The notes under the pieces were generated by a model. That model was not told where the DNA came from, made no database searches, and was given only the letters and a program-made list of their open reading frames with translations. A stretch of 64,000 bases of DNA, from positions 806,001-870,000 of the forward strand of contig AP026137.1 of assembly GCA_030295235.1 (NCBI GenBank). Direction: 5' to 3'. This DNA is from Fistulifera solaris. Lineage: Eukaryota. Made by a program: the position numbers and the translations under genes. This document shows positions 1 to 11,200 of the stretch, piece by piece. Numbering within the stretch: position 1 is the first letter of the stretch; each line of letters begins with the position of its first letter.

Positions 1-593
1 CCAGCAGAACAAACGGAGCTTAGGTAGCAGTGGAACTCGGACCAATCCTGATTCATGACTGAAAAGCAGTCGTGGTTAACATCATTCGTTACGAGTTACG
101 AGGGGGATCGCTGCAATCTATTTACTCCTATTACTCAGTCTTAGCAACCAGCAAACTAAATAGAATTTTTTTTGAAAACATCCAATCTATTATTGCTAAA
201 AATGGATAGAACGCAGATCCCAGAATCAAAAGGAGCACAACTCTTGCACGAGGAGCTAGAAGAAAGAACACTGTCTCACTGCACCAAGCCACCGAGCTAC
301 GAGTGATTCAACACATGAATCACACCCGCAGACGGCACATCTGGCGTCTTAACGAGAGACATGGGGCCCTACCTTCATCGCAGCGCGAGAGTTGGCTTGC
401 CACGCCTGGCCAATTGATTTGGGTTTAAAAGAGAGAAAACAAAATAGATTTGGACTTGAGAGTGAACGTACCTTGTCACGGTCCCTGCCAGATACTCTGC
501 CGTCGAGTTCAAAGCAAACCGGGATTCCAGCACCTCCTCGTGACATTCTCTCATCCTCACCTTTTCTGTCCCTAAGATCAATAAATTATTACA

Positions 594-3500
594 CTACTTG
601 GGATATCGAACATTCTCCTTGCACAGTCGAGCCAAGTACGGGGCGCGCGGAAGCAAACATTCTCCTTGCACTTCCGCTCCAGAAAGGGACGGGTGCGGAG
701 GCAAGGACCAAGTGTTTTCTTTCGCTTTCGCATCGCATCCACCTCCATTGAATCCACATCGCAAAAGTGTGGAATGGTATCCACGTCCATTCCACTCGTG
801 ATATCAAATCTCGGCATGGTATCCATCTCCGTTTCACTCAAAAAAATCCAATGTCGACATTGCAGAATCCTCCTCTACAAAAGGATCAAGACACAATCGA
901 TGACGCTTCGAACTCCTCACCGGAGAAGAGGAAGAAACAACATCAGCTTCCAATGCGCGCTTACGCGTCTCACGACCAAGATCCACCACCACGACGACAG
1001 GATCAAGACACAATCGACGACGCTTCCAATTCGTCACCGGAGAAGAGGTAGAATCAACATCATCTTTCAAAGCGCGCTTACGCGTCCCGCGAACAAGATC
1101 CACCACCACGACGACAGGATCAAGACACAATCGACGACGCTTCCAATTCGTCACCGGAGAAGAGGTAGAATCAACATCATCTTCCAAAGCGCGCTTACGC
1201 GTCCCACAGCCAAGATCCACCACCACGACGACAGGATCAAGACACAATCGACGTCGCTTCGAACTCCTCACCGGAGAAGAGGAAGAAACAACATCATCTT
1301 CCAATGCGCGCTTACGCATCCCGCGAACAAGATCCACCACCACGACGACAGGATCACGACACGATCGACGACGCTTCGAACTCCTCACCGGAGAAGAGGA
1401 AGAAATAACATCATCTCCCAAAGCGCTTACGCCGTCCCACAGCCAAGATCCACCACCACGACGACAGGATCAAGACACAATCGACGTCGCTTCGAACTCC
1501 TCACCGGAGAAGAGGAAGAAACAACATCATCTCCCAAAGCGCGCTTACGATTCCAACGAGACGGATCATCCAAACCAGCCATCTCATCTATCTCCATAGG
1601 AACCGGATCATCCAAACCAGCCATCTCATCTATCTCCATAGGAACCGGATCATCCAAACCAGCCATCTCATCGATCTCCATAGGAACCTCCATAGGATCA
1701 TCCAAGCTAGCCATCTCATCGATCTCCATAAAAACCGGATCATCCAAACCAGCCATCTCATCGATCTCCATAGGAACCGGATCATCCAAACCAGCCATCT
1801 CATCGATCTCCATAGGAACCTTCATAGGATCATTCAAACCAGCCATCTCATCGATCTCCATAGGAACCGGATCATACAAACCAACCATCTCATCGATCTC
1901 CATAGGAACCTCCATAGGATCATACAAACCAGCCATCTCATCGATCTCCATAGGAACCTCCATAGGATCATACAAACCAGCCATCTCATCGATCTCCATA
2001 GGAACCTCCATAGGATCATTCAAACCAGCCATCTCATCGATCTCCATAGGAACCTCGATAGGATCATACAAACCAGCCATCTCATCGATCTCCATAGGAA
2101 CCGGATCATCCAAACCAGCCATCTCATCGATCTCCATAGGAACCTCCATAGGATCATTCAAACCAGCCGCCTCATCGATCTCCATAGGAACCTCCATAGG
2201 ATCATACAAACCAGCCATCTCATCGATCTCCATAGGAACCTCCATAGGATCATACAAACCAGCCATCTCATCGATCTCCATAGGAACCTCCATAGGATCA
2301 TACAAACCAGCCATCTCATCGATCTCCATCAAAATCAGATCATCCAAACCAGCCATCTCATCGATCTCCATAAAAATCAGATCATCCAAACCAGCCATCT
2401 CATCGATCTCCATAGGAACCTCGATAGGATCATACAAACCAGCCATCTCATCGATCTCCATAGGAACCGGATCATACAAACCAGCCATCTCATCGATCTC
2501 CATAGGAACCGGATCATCCAAACCAGCCATCTCATCGATCTCCATAGGAACAGGATCATACAAACCAGCCATCTCATCGATCTCCATAGGAACAGGATCA
2601 TACAAACCAGCCATCTCATCGATCTCCATGGGAGCAGGATCACGAGCAAGATCCGCAAAGTACTCGCGAACACTTCGTTGCCCGATCCGTTCGATGAAAC
2701 GACACGACACCAATTTATCATCGGGCGCAAAATGAACTCGACGACGATCACCACTTTTCTTTACAATACGCTCCGCAAACAATTTCGTTTTCAATGATTC
2801 TAGAGCCGTCGGCTCAATCGACTCCACAACCGGTATCGTCTTCACTGGAGCAGAAGGCAATGTCCCGACTGCAACGGAATCCTCCACAGCCGGTTGCTGA
2901 ACACAGCAACGACGATGAGCAAGACCCGAAAAGTATTCGCGAACACTTTGTTGCCCGATCCGTTCGATGAAACGACACGACACCAAATTTTCATCGGGGG
3001 CAAAACGAACGCGAAGAAGACCGCTTTCCTTCAACAAACATCGGAAATGTGCGTTCCAAACAGCACGCTTGTTTGAGAATTCACACAAAAGACGAAGGGG
3101 ATCGAGACCAATAGAGCTGCATGTCTCGAAATTCCCCAATCGCACGATATGAATTGCTTTTGTTGCTGCGGACGACCCACGAAGCTCAGCCAACAACAAA
3201 AACAAGCCAACTGCGGAAGCACCGATCCATCTGGCACCTCCACAAGCAGTAACAACTCCAATCACCATAAGAAAGAGAATGAAGACGAAAGACACGCAAA
3301 AATGACACGGTGCTTTCGCTTCAAATCAAATTGCTTCTCCGTAGCGTCAAGTACCGGAGCTACAGGACGAAACATCGTGAGAGGTAGAGTCTCCAAACGA
3401 ACTGGAAACTCCGTGTTCTTTGCCAAGAGAACATCGTCACGATGCGTACAACCGTTTGCGTGAAAAGAACGAAGCAAACAGCCGCACGACGACCAAACGA

Positions 3501-3848
3501 CAGCCACATGGTCGAGCAAAAACTCTTCAGCGCCAGAAGAGCGATTTCTGCGACGGTCCGAGCGCAGAAACGCATCAACACAAGCCCCGCAACGCAAGCA
3601 GGCACAAGGATGATGCAAAGAACGGAAAAGAGCGACAGAACAAGCAAACAGACGCAGGAGAAAACACACACCGACTCCGAAAGCGACTGAACACTTGCGA
3701 TGCCGCGCAGCATACTTCCAATCTCCAGAGCAAACTGAATCTCCGCCGGAGCGAAGAAACAGCCAATCCGGCCGACAGGAGACGAAAGGATGCAAGTAAA
3801 GAGCACGAAGCTCGCGAAAGTTTTGTTTGTTTTGATAAAGTTTATCAT
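594..3848 (-). CDS. Orphan repeat protein copy 1: hydrophobic N-terminus, 2x RVxF module, 24 MEID repeats, ~6 39-aa basic repeats; broken by frameshifts as assembled
   Basis: ORF pieces 3360-3848 (ATG MINFIKTNK...), 1427-3295, 834-1421 and a C-terminus ending ...CKENVRYPK* at 594. The link between the N-terminal piece and the main ORF (TAG at 3360-3362) is unresolved. Confidence 0.6.
883..1548 (-). repeat. 117-bp coding minisatellite (39 aa, RKRALEDDVVSSSSPVRSSKRRRLCLDPVVVVVDLGCGT)
   Basis: ggatca anchors at 883, 1000, 1117, 1234, 1351 and 1467. Equivalent arrays at ~8524-9540 (~8.7 units), ~16571-17237, ~23641-24424 (~6.7 units) and ~31094-31760. Confidence 0.95.
1563..2640 (-). repeat. 42/48-bp coding minisatellite (MEIDEMAGLDDPVP / MEIDEMAGLYDPMEVP)
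   Basis: Period 42 (ggatcatcc at 1563 and 1605) mixed with 48-bp variants. Units counted from the ORF translations: 24, 26, 12, 17 and 14 in copies 1-5. Confidence 0.97.
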
Positions 3849-3913
3849 TTTGTTGCAAGACCTTGTTTCAAAAGAAAAAAGTGGGCAACCGAGAAGGCGA
3901 GGGAGGCCAGCTG

Positions 3914-3970
3914 CGGACCGCGGTACATGTTGTACGGACCGCGGTACATGTTGTACGGACCGCGGTACAT
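3914..3970. repeat. 21-bp tandem repeat (cggaccgcggtacatgttgta) in the divergent intergenic region
   Basis: Starts at 3914, 3935 and 3956. Three copies in units 1, 4 and 5; one copy in units 2 and 3. Confidence 0.9.
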
Positions 3971-4383
3971 TTTCTACGTAACCTTCACGGCTACTATTTG
4001 AAAGAGAAAGTATATTCGATGCGACATGATACTCTATTCGGACAATGTACGCTGCATACATCCAGTATATCAACGTACGGGTACCGTACCGGATGGATGG
4101 ACTTTGCTGTGTCCTCGTTTTTCCGTGCTTTTTTAAAAAGTCTTGTTGTAATCATTACCAACCAGGTCTTGCTTATTGCTTCGCTATGGAAAGAAAGATT
4201 GTCGATCAACTGCCACTCGACAATAATGATAGCAAACAAACGAATTCTTTTCTCGTCACTTCGACGCGGAGCAAAGGATCGACGGAGATTAGGAATCACC
4301 TTTTTTCGAGATAGATCCCATGTGAGCTCGCAACTCGCCACATCATCGCTTGCAGCACGAAATCCTTCCTTTTCGTTAGTTCA

Positions 4384-5790
4384 ATGCAGTCAAACGTAGG
4401 CTCGATATCAAACAAGTACACTTCCTTTCGGATCCGTAATCTACGGTACAAGAGTGATCAATCTGATCCTGCAAGGAAAACAACAAGAAATGAAGAAACA
4501 CCCGTTATAGCACCGGGATCGAAGCCTCACTCCGCCATCGCGGCTCAATTGGAAGAGCGACTCAAACGAGTTGTTAGCGATCTAAATTTGAGCGATCAGC
4601 TTTCGGTAATAGGCATTGCTGTCCTTACGGCTCTCATTTTGACGGCTCCTTATGTTATTCGGCAAATGAAGAAATCAGGTCGAGAAGATTATTCGGTCAC
4701 GTCGGAAGATCCGGTGGATGATTTGACCATGGTTGTGAGACGTGCGTGGGACGAGGAAGACGAAGATGAGTCATCTCGAAAAAGCGCTGTTGAAATAATG
4801 CTTAAGGATATTTTGAAATCGCAAGGACTGCAGTAAGCAGCACAGGATTTTCTCATTCGCATTTTGGAAGCGCCCGAGTTCCAGGCGGCGCTGCAACGTT
4901 TGGTAAAAAACGATTTGGGCGGACTTAATTTCGGATAAGGAAACTGTGGCACAAGTGATTCGACTGCTGCAAATAGCCATTCAAGATCCGGCTGTGAAGA
5001 AAGCGGCTCAACTTCTTGTGCTTCAAATTGTTCAAGATCAGCAAGTCAAAGAGTCGCTCATTGAGCTCATCAAAAGTTTGGGTGCCGAAAAGGCTGTTCT
5101 GGGTGCTACTCAGACTCTTCTAACAGAGGCCGCGCATAATGCTTTGAATGATGCGGAAATATTAGACCATTCGATGGAATTCGCGACGGACGTGGTGGGA
5201 GACGATGTCGTCCAACGAACGGCCGGTGAGGCTTTGCGCAAATCAGTGGGACACGCTTTTAGACCTGCGTCCACGGTTTTGTTGACAGCGGCAGGTATTG
5301 GTTTGATGGTATTCGGTGTGGCTACAATTGGCTATGCCAGATCGTCCGACCAAGAAATAGTTTTGTTGGAAACAGCTGCTCGATCACTACAAAGCAATGC
5401 CTCTTATGGGATTATGAGGATCGTCACTTGGCCTTTTCGTGCAGTGCAGGGTATCTGGAGCGATACAGAAATTTTATTGTGGAAACCTGTATGTTGGCTT
5501 CAAGATAGTGCCGCTATAATTTCGGAGCAAGCATTATCATTGATTTCAGACTCGTTCGACTACGTGTCGAGTCTACCAAGTCGGGGAAGTGTGGCGGTGA
5601 TGCAAGCCTTGTCGCAAGCTGGACAGGCCACTGCTGATGCCGTTGTTACTTTTGTTGATCGATTGTTTCAAAAGATCGCCTCCTTGGCGTGTTTATACAA
5701 AGATGAATTGGTCGCAGCCATCACTCAGTACTTAAGGGCAGCTGTTGATTTCGTAGTGGAGTTCGCTCAATCCAATGGCCAGGTCGCGAT
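4384..5790 (+). pseudogene. Truncated nonsense copy 1 of the 515-aa helical membrane protein gene
   Basis: Matches 34146-35551 but has CAA>TAA at 4834-4836, and the amplification junction at 5790 removes the 3' end. Confidence 0.9.
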
Positions 5791-5993
5791 TCTATGGATG
5801 TTATTTAAGTGCTCAATTGATGCTATAGCGATGTTTTGGTTGCAGTCGCCAGGTACGCCTGTTTTCTTGTTAGCTTCAGCTGGTACATTTTGCTACGTCA
5901 CTCTGCACGCCCACTTCTTTTATCTCCATCGCCGTGCATCGTACTCGATGCCATTGCAATTGCAAGTTCTGCATTCCTTTTATCGTTATCGTA

Positions 5994-7148
5994 ATGCTCT
6001 TTTTCCTTCTTCTAGCAGAAAAGGGTGACAACGCACGGTCGCACGGTGGACACAGTGTGTGGTCAGTGTCGGATTTCTTTCCTGTTGATGCCGATGCCGA
6101 TGCCCTATCGACGCATCATCAAAGACTATCCGTGTCTGCCAAACAAAGGTTACATACTCGCCAATCTCATCTTTTTTTCGGCGGCGGTGGCGGCGGTAGG
6201 ATCGGATAAAGTCGATGTGTCATCATCAGTCGAGGAAAGCAGATGGGACCGCGTCCGAAGGGAAGGAGGCATGTTCTCCATACACACAAAACATACGGTG
6301 TTTTTGAATCCGTTTGGACTCTGGTACGGTGCGGTGGCTGTCACTCTCGGTATCCCGTGGTATATTGCCATGACAATCTGTCAAATCTTTTACAAGTTGA
6401 CCGGAGAACGTTTCGATTGACTACGATGCATTCCGATTTTTTATTACACAAATTTTTATTACACAAATTTGGGGGACATTGTTGTTCCGATTGACACATT
6501 GTTATCCCAAAATGGAAGGTTTGGATATTTTACGAAAATTCTATAAAGAGTGAGTATGTTGGCAATAACCGTGCTGGACATTCGCCTTCGCGGTTCGCAG
6601 GAGGAGTCTCATAATGTTTTTTCGACGTCACAGGGGTCGATGTGCCATGCTTGCGGCGAATCACAGCTCATGGATGGACACTTTCTATTTGGGTGCGACC
6701 GTCGGCTGGAGAAATTTTAGCCTCATTAGCAAAAATGAAGTGCAGCGCGTCCCTATTCTCGGTAAGGCCATCGAGGTTGGCGGCAATATTCTACCTGGTA
6801 GTAGATCGACAAGATCGCAAGTCGCAGCTCATGACGTTGAAAAAGGGAATTCAATACCAGTACTTACAAGACTTTGTACATTTGTGAAGGTATCCCGAGG
6901 GAACACGTGCGCATACAAGAAGAGTCGTGCCCTTTAAAAACGGAGCTTTCAAAATGGCGCACAAGGCTGGTGCACCGGTCATCATCCCCATTTCCATCGT
7001 AGGCGCCGATAAATCCATGGCAATTCACTGGATGTTCCCTTTCTGACCCGGTCACCCCCTATCACGCGTGGTCGTTCATAAACCGATTGAATCCGAAGGA
7101 AGGACGGAAGAGGAGCTGGCGGAGGCTGTTTCGCACTGCTATGAATAG
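5994..7148 (+). pseudogene. 1-acyl-sn-glycerol-3-phosphate acyltransferase (LPAAT/PlsC family, plastid type) pseudogene, copy 1
   Basis: Motifs NHSSWMD (NHxxxxD), PEGTR and PFKNGAFKMAHKAGAPVIIPISI. GT-AG intron 6550-6633. Transit-peptide-like N-terminus. In-frame TGA at 6418-6420 and ~7044, plus frameshifts and small duplications (FITQI x2, QYQY). Start position approximate. Confidence 0.85.
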
Positions 7149-7299
7149 CGGATTGGACGATTACCAAAAGCCACTTGACAAGTGAATCATTGTCCTTGAA
7201 AGTACCAGGTACCAGGTACCAGGTATGATCGGGCAAAAGTGAAATGAGGGATAGTTTCCGGGACTGAAAAGTTGAGTCGTTGGAGAAAAGTAGACAACC

Positions 7300-7720
7300 G
7301 GATTTTTGAAGTCGAAATTCGAGACATGGATTGCAATCGCTACTGCAAGCTGCAAGTAGTCGACTACTAATGAAAATGAAGTTAGCCTACCAAACTGTAC
7401 CCAAATGAACGGAGGTTAGTCTAGAGGTATAGCAGTCTGCGCCACTTTTCAATGATTCATGACTGATGACTGAAACGCAGTCGTGAAAAAGGTAGCGCAC
7501 ACCATTATGGGTCTCTATATAGAACAGATGAAAGACAATGATTTCGCAAGGAATTTCGACCTAAGCAATCGAGTTGTGAATTGCAAATGCTGCAAGGATC
7601 ATTGTATTAGCACGTCATAAAATACAAACATAGCTTACCAACCCAGCAGAACAAACGGAGCTTAGGTAGCAGTGGAACTCGGACCAATCCTGATTCATGA
7701 CTGAAAAGCAGTCGTGGTTA
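7300..7720 (+). repeat. Degenerate ~240-bp repeat units of the dispersed ~230-bp family (also ~15345-15765, ~22415-22835, ~29870-30290, 1-80)
   Basis: gattcatgactga...gcagtcgtg at ~7454 and ~7692. aagacaatgatttcgcaaggaatttcgac at ~7532 matches aagacaatgttttgcaaggctattcgac at ~63719. Confidence 0.7.
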
Positions 7721-8235
7721 ACATCATTCGTTACGAGTTACGAGGGGGATCGCTGCAATCTATTTACTCCTATTACTCAGTCTTAGCAACCAGCAAACTA
7801 AATAGAATTTTTTTTGAAAACATCCAATCTATTATTGCTAAAAATGGATAGAACGCAGATCCCAGAATCAAAAGGAGCACAACTCTTGCACGAGGAGCTA
7901 GAAGAAAGAACACTGTCTCACTGCACCAAGCCACCGAGCTACGAGTGATTCAACACATGAATCACACCCGCAGACGGCACATCTGGCGTCTTAACGAGAG
8001 ACATGGGGCCCTACCTTCATCGCAGCGCGAGAGTTGGCTTGCCACGCCTGGCCAATTGATTTGGGTTTAAAAGAGAGAAAACAAAATAGATTTGGACTTG
8101 AGAGTGAACGTACCTTGTCACGGTCCCTGCCAGATACTCTGCCGTCGAGTTCAAAGCAAACCGGGATTCCAGCACCTCCTCGTGACATTCTCTCATCCTC
8201 ACCTTTTCTGTCCCTAAGATCAATAAATTATTACA

Positions 8236-11200
8236 CTACTTGGGATATCGAACATTCTCCTTGCACAGTCGAGCCAAGTACGGGCGCGCGGAAGCAAACA
8301 TTCTCCTTGCACTTCCGCTCCAGAAAGGGACGGGTGCGGAGGCAAGGACCAAGTGTTTTCTTTCGCTTTCGCATCGCATCCACCTCCATTGAATCCACAT
8401 CGCAAAAGTGTGGAATGGTATCCACGTCCATTCCACTCGTGATATCAAATCTCGGCATGGTATCCATCTCCGTTTCACTCAAAAAAATCCAATGTCGACA
8501 TTGCAGAATCCTCCTCTACAAAAGGATCAAGACACAATCGATGACGCTTCGAACTCCTCACCGGAGAAGAGGAAGAAACAACATCAGCTTCCAATGCGCG
8601 CTTACGCGTCTCACGACCAAGATCCACCACCACGGCGACAGGATCAAGACACAATCGACGACGCTTCCAATTCGTCACCGGAGAAGAGGTAGAATCAACA
8701 TCATCTTTCAAAGCGCGCTTACGCGTCCCGCGAACAAGATCCACCACCACAACGACAGGATCAAGACACAATCGACGACGCTTCGAACTCCTCACCGGAG
8801 AAGAGGAAGAATCAACATCATCTTCCAAAGCGCGCTTACGCGTCCCACAGCCAAGATCCACCACCACGACGACAGGATCAAGACACAATCGACGTCGCTT
8901 CGAACTCCTCACCGGAGAAGAGGAAGAAACAACATCAGCTTCCAATGCGCGCTTACGCGTCTCACGACCAAGATCCACCACCACGACGACAGGATCAAGA
9001 CACAATCGACGACGCTTCCAATTCGTCACCGGAGAAGAGGTAGAATCAACATCATCTTTCAAAGCGCGCTTACGCGTCCCGCGAACAAGATCCACCACCA
9101 CAACGACAGGATCACGACACAATCGACGACGCTTCGAACTCCTCACCGGAGAAGAGGAAGAATCAACATCATCTTCCAAAGCGCGCTTACGCGTCCCACA
9201 GCCAAGATCCACCACCACGACGACAGGATCAAGACACAATCGACGTCGCTTCGAACTCCTCACCGGAGAAGAGGTAGAATCAACATCATCTTCCAAAGCG
9301 CGCTTACGCGTCCCACAGCCAAGATACACCACCACAACGACAGGATCACGACACAATCGACGACGCTTCGAACTCCTCACCGGAGAAGAGGAAGAAACAA
9401 CATCATCTTCCAATGCGCGCTTACGCGGCCCGCGAACAAGATCCACCACCACGACGACAGGATCACGACACAAAGGACGACGCTTCGAACTCCTCACCGG
9501 AGAAGAGGAAGAAACAACATCATCTTCCAATGCGCTTACGATTCCAACGAGACGGATCATCCAAACCAGCCATCTCATCTATCTCCATAGGAACCGGATC
9601 ATCCAAACCAGCCATCTCATCGATCTCCATAAAAACCGGATCATCCAAACCAGCCATCTCATCTATCTCCATAGGAACCGGATCATCCAAACCAGCCATC
9701 TCATCGATCTCCATAAAAACCGGATCATCCAAACCAGCCATCTCATCGATCTCCATAGGAACCTCCATAGGATCATCCAAGCTAGCCATCTCATCGATCT
9801 CCATAAAAACCGGATCATCCAAACCAGCCATCTCATCGATCTCCATAGGAACCGGATCATCCAAACCAGCCATCTCATCGATCTCCATAGGAACCTCCAT
9901 AGGATCATTCAAACCAGCCATCTCATCGATCTCCATAGGAACCGGATCATACAAACCAGCCATCTCATCGATCTCCATAGGAACCTCCATAGGATCATAC
10001 AAACCAGCCATCTCATCGATCTCCATAGGAACCTCCATAGGATCATACAAACCAGCCATCTCATCGATCTCCATAGGAACCTCCATAGGATCATACAAAC
10101 CAGCCATCTCATCGATCTCCATAGGAACCTCGATAGGATCATACAAACCAGCCATCTCATCGATCTCCATAGGAACCGGATCATCCAAACCAGCCATCTC
10201 ATCGATCTCCATAGGAACCTCCATAGGATCATTCAAACCAGCCGCCTCATCGATCTCCATAGGAACCTCCATAGGATCATACAAACCAGCCATCTCATCG
10301 ATCTCCATAGGAACCTCCATAGGATCATACAAACCAGCCATCTCATCGATCTCCATAGGAACCTCCATAGGATCATACAAACCAGCCATCTCATCGATCT
10401 CCATCAAAATCAGATCATCCAAACCAGCCATCTCATCGATCTCCATAAAAATCAGATCATCCAAACCAGCCATCTCATCGATCTCCATAGGAACCTCGAT
10501 AGGATCATACAAACCAGCCATCTCATCGATCTCCATAGGAACCGGATCATACAAACCAGCCATCTCATCGATCTCCATAGGAACCGGATCATCCAAACCA
10601 GCCATCTCATCGATCTCCATAGGAACAGGATCATACAAACCAGCCATCTCATCGATCTCCATAGGAACAGGATCATCCAAACCAGCCATCTCATCGATCT
10701 CCATAGGAGCAGGATCACGAGCAAGATCCGCAAAGTACTCGCGAACACTTCGTTGCCCGATCCGTTCGATGAAACGACACGACACCAATTTATCATCGGG
10801 CGCAAAATGAACTCGACGACGATCACCACTTTTCTTTACAATACGCTCCGCAAACAATTTCGTTTTCAATGATTCTAGAGCCGTCGGCTCAATCGACTCC
10901 ACAACCGGTATCGTCTTCACTGGAGCAGAAGGCAATGTCCCGACTGCAACGGAATCCTCCACAGCCGGTTGCTGAACACAGCAACGACGATGAGCAAGAC
11001 CCGAAAAGTATTCGCGAACACTTTGTTGCCCGATCCGTTCGATGAAACGACACGACACCAAATTTTCATCGGGGGCAAAACGAACGCGAAGAAGACCGCT
11101 TTCCTTCAACAAACATCGGAAATGTGCGTTCCAAACAGCACGCTTGTTTGAGAATTCACACAAAAGACGAAGGGGATCGAGACCAATAGAGCTGCATGTC

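Noticed and set aside
303..323. 8-bp inverted repeat gtgattca-acaca-tgaatcac, plus short gtaccag and gatgcc microsatellites in each unit
   Set aside because: Too short to separate from chance or simple slippage; they recur only because the whole unit is duplicated.
1563..2640. PMEID as a Ty3/gypsy Gag motif
   Set aside because: No zinc knuckle, protease, RT, integrase or LTRs are present nearby.
666..2735. Long plus-strand ORFs (SSKPAISSISIGT and IHHHDDRIKTQ repeats; also 8034-10810, 16456-17939, 23525-25348, 31062-32546)
   Set aside because: These are antisense shadows of stop-poor repeats with 3n periods. Their frames and extents differ between copies, and one is interrupted in copy 4, while the minus frame carries coherent motifs in all five.
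5780..5800. Helitron or other TE origin for the large tandem unit (unit begins with TC)
   Set aside because: There is no CTRR end or subterminal hairpin at the junction, no TIR, LTR or TSD, and no transposase, Rep/helicase or RT ORF. The junction falls inside a host gene, as expected for a segmental duplication.
4946..6028. Chimeric ORF reading across the duplication junction
   Set aside because: It lies downstream of the shared TAA, has no ATG at its annotated start, and is broken differently in other copies.
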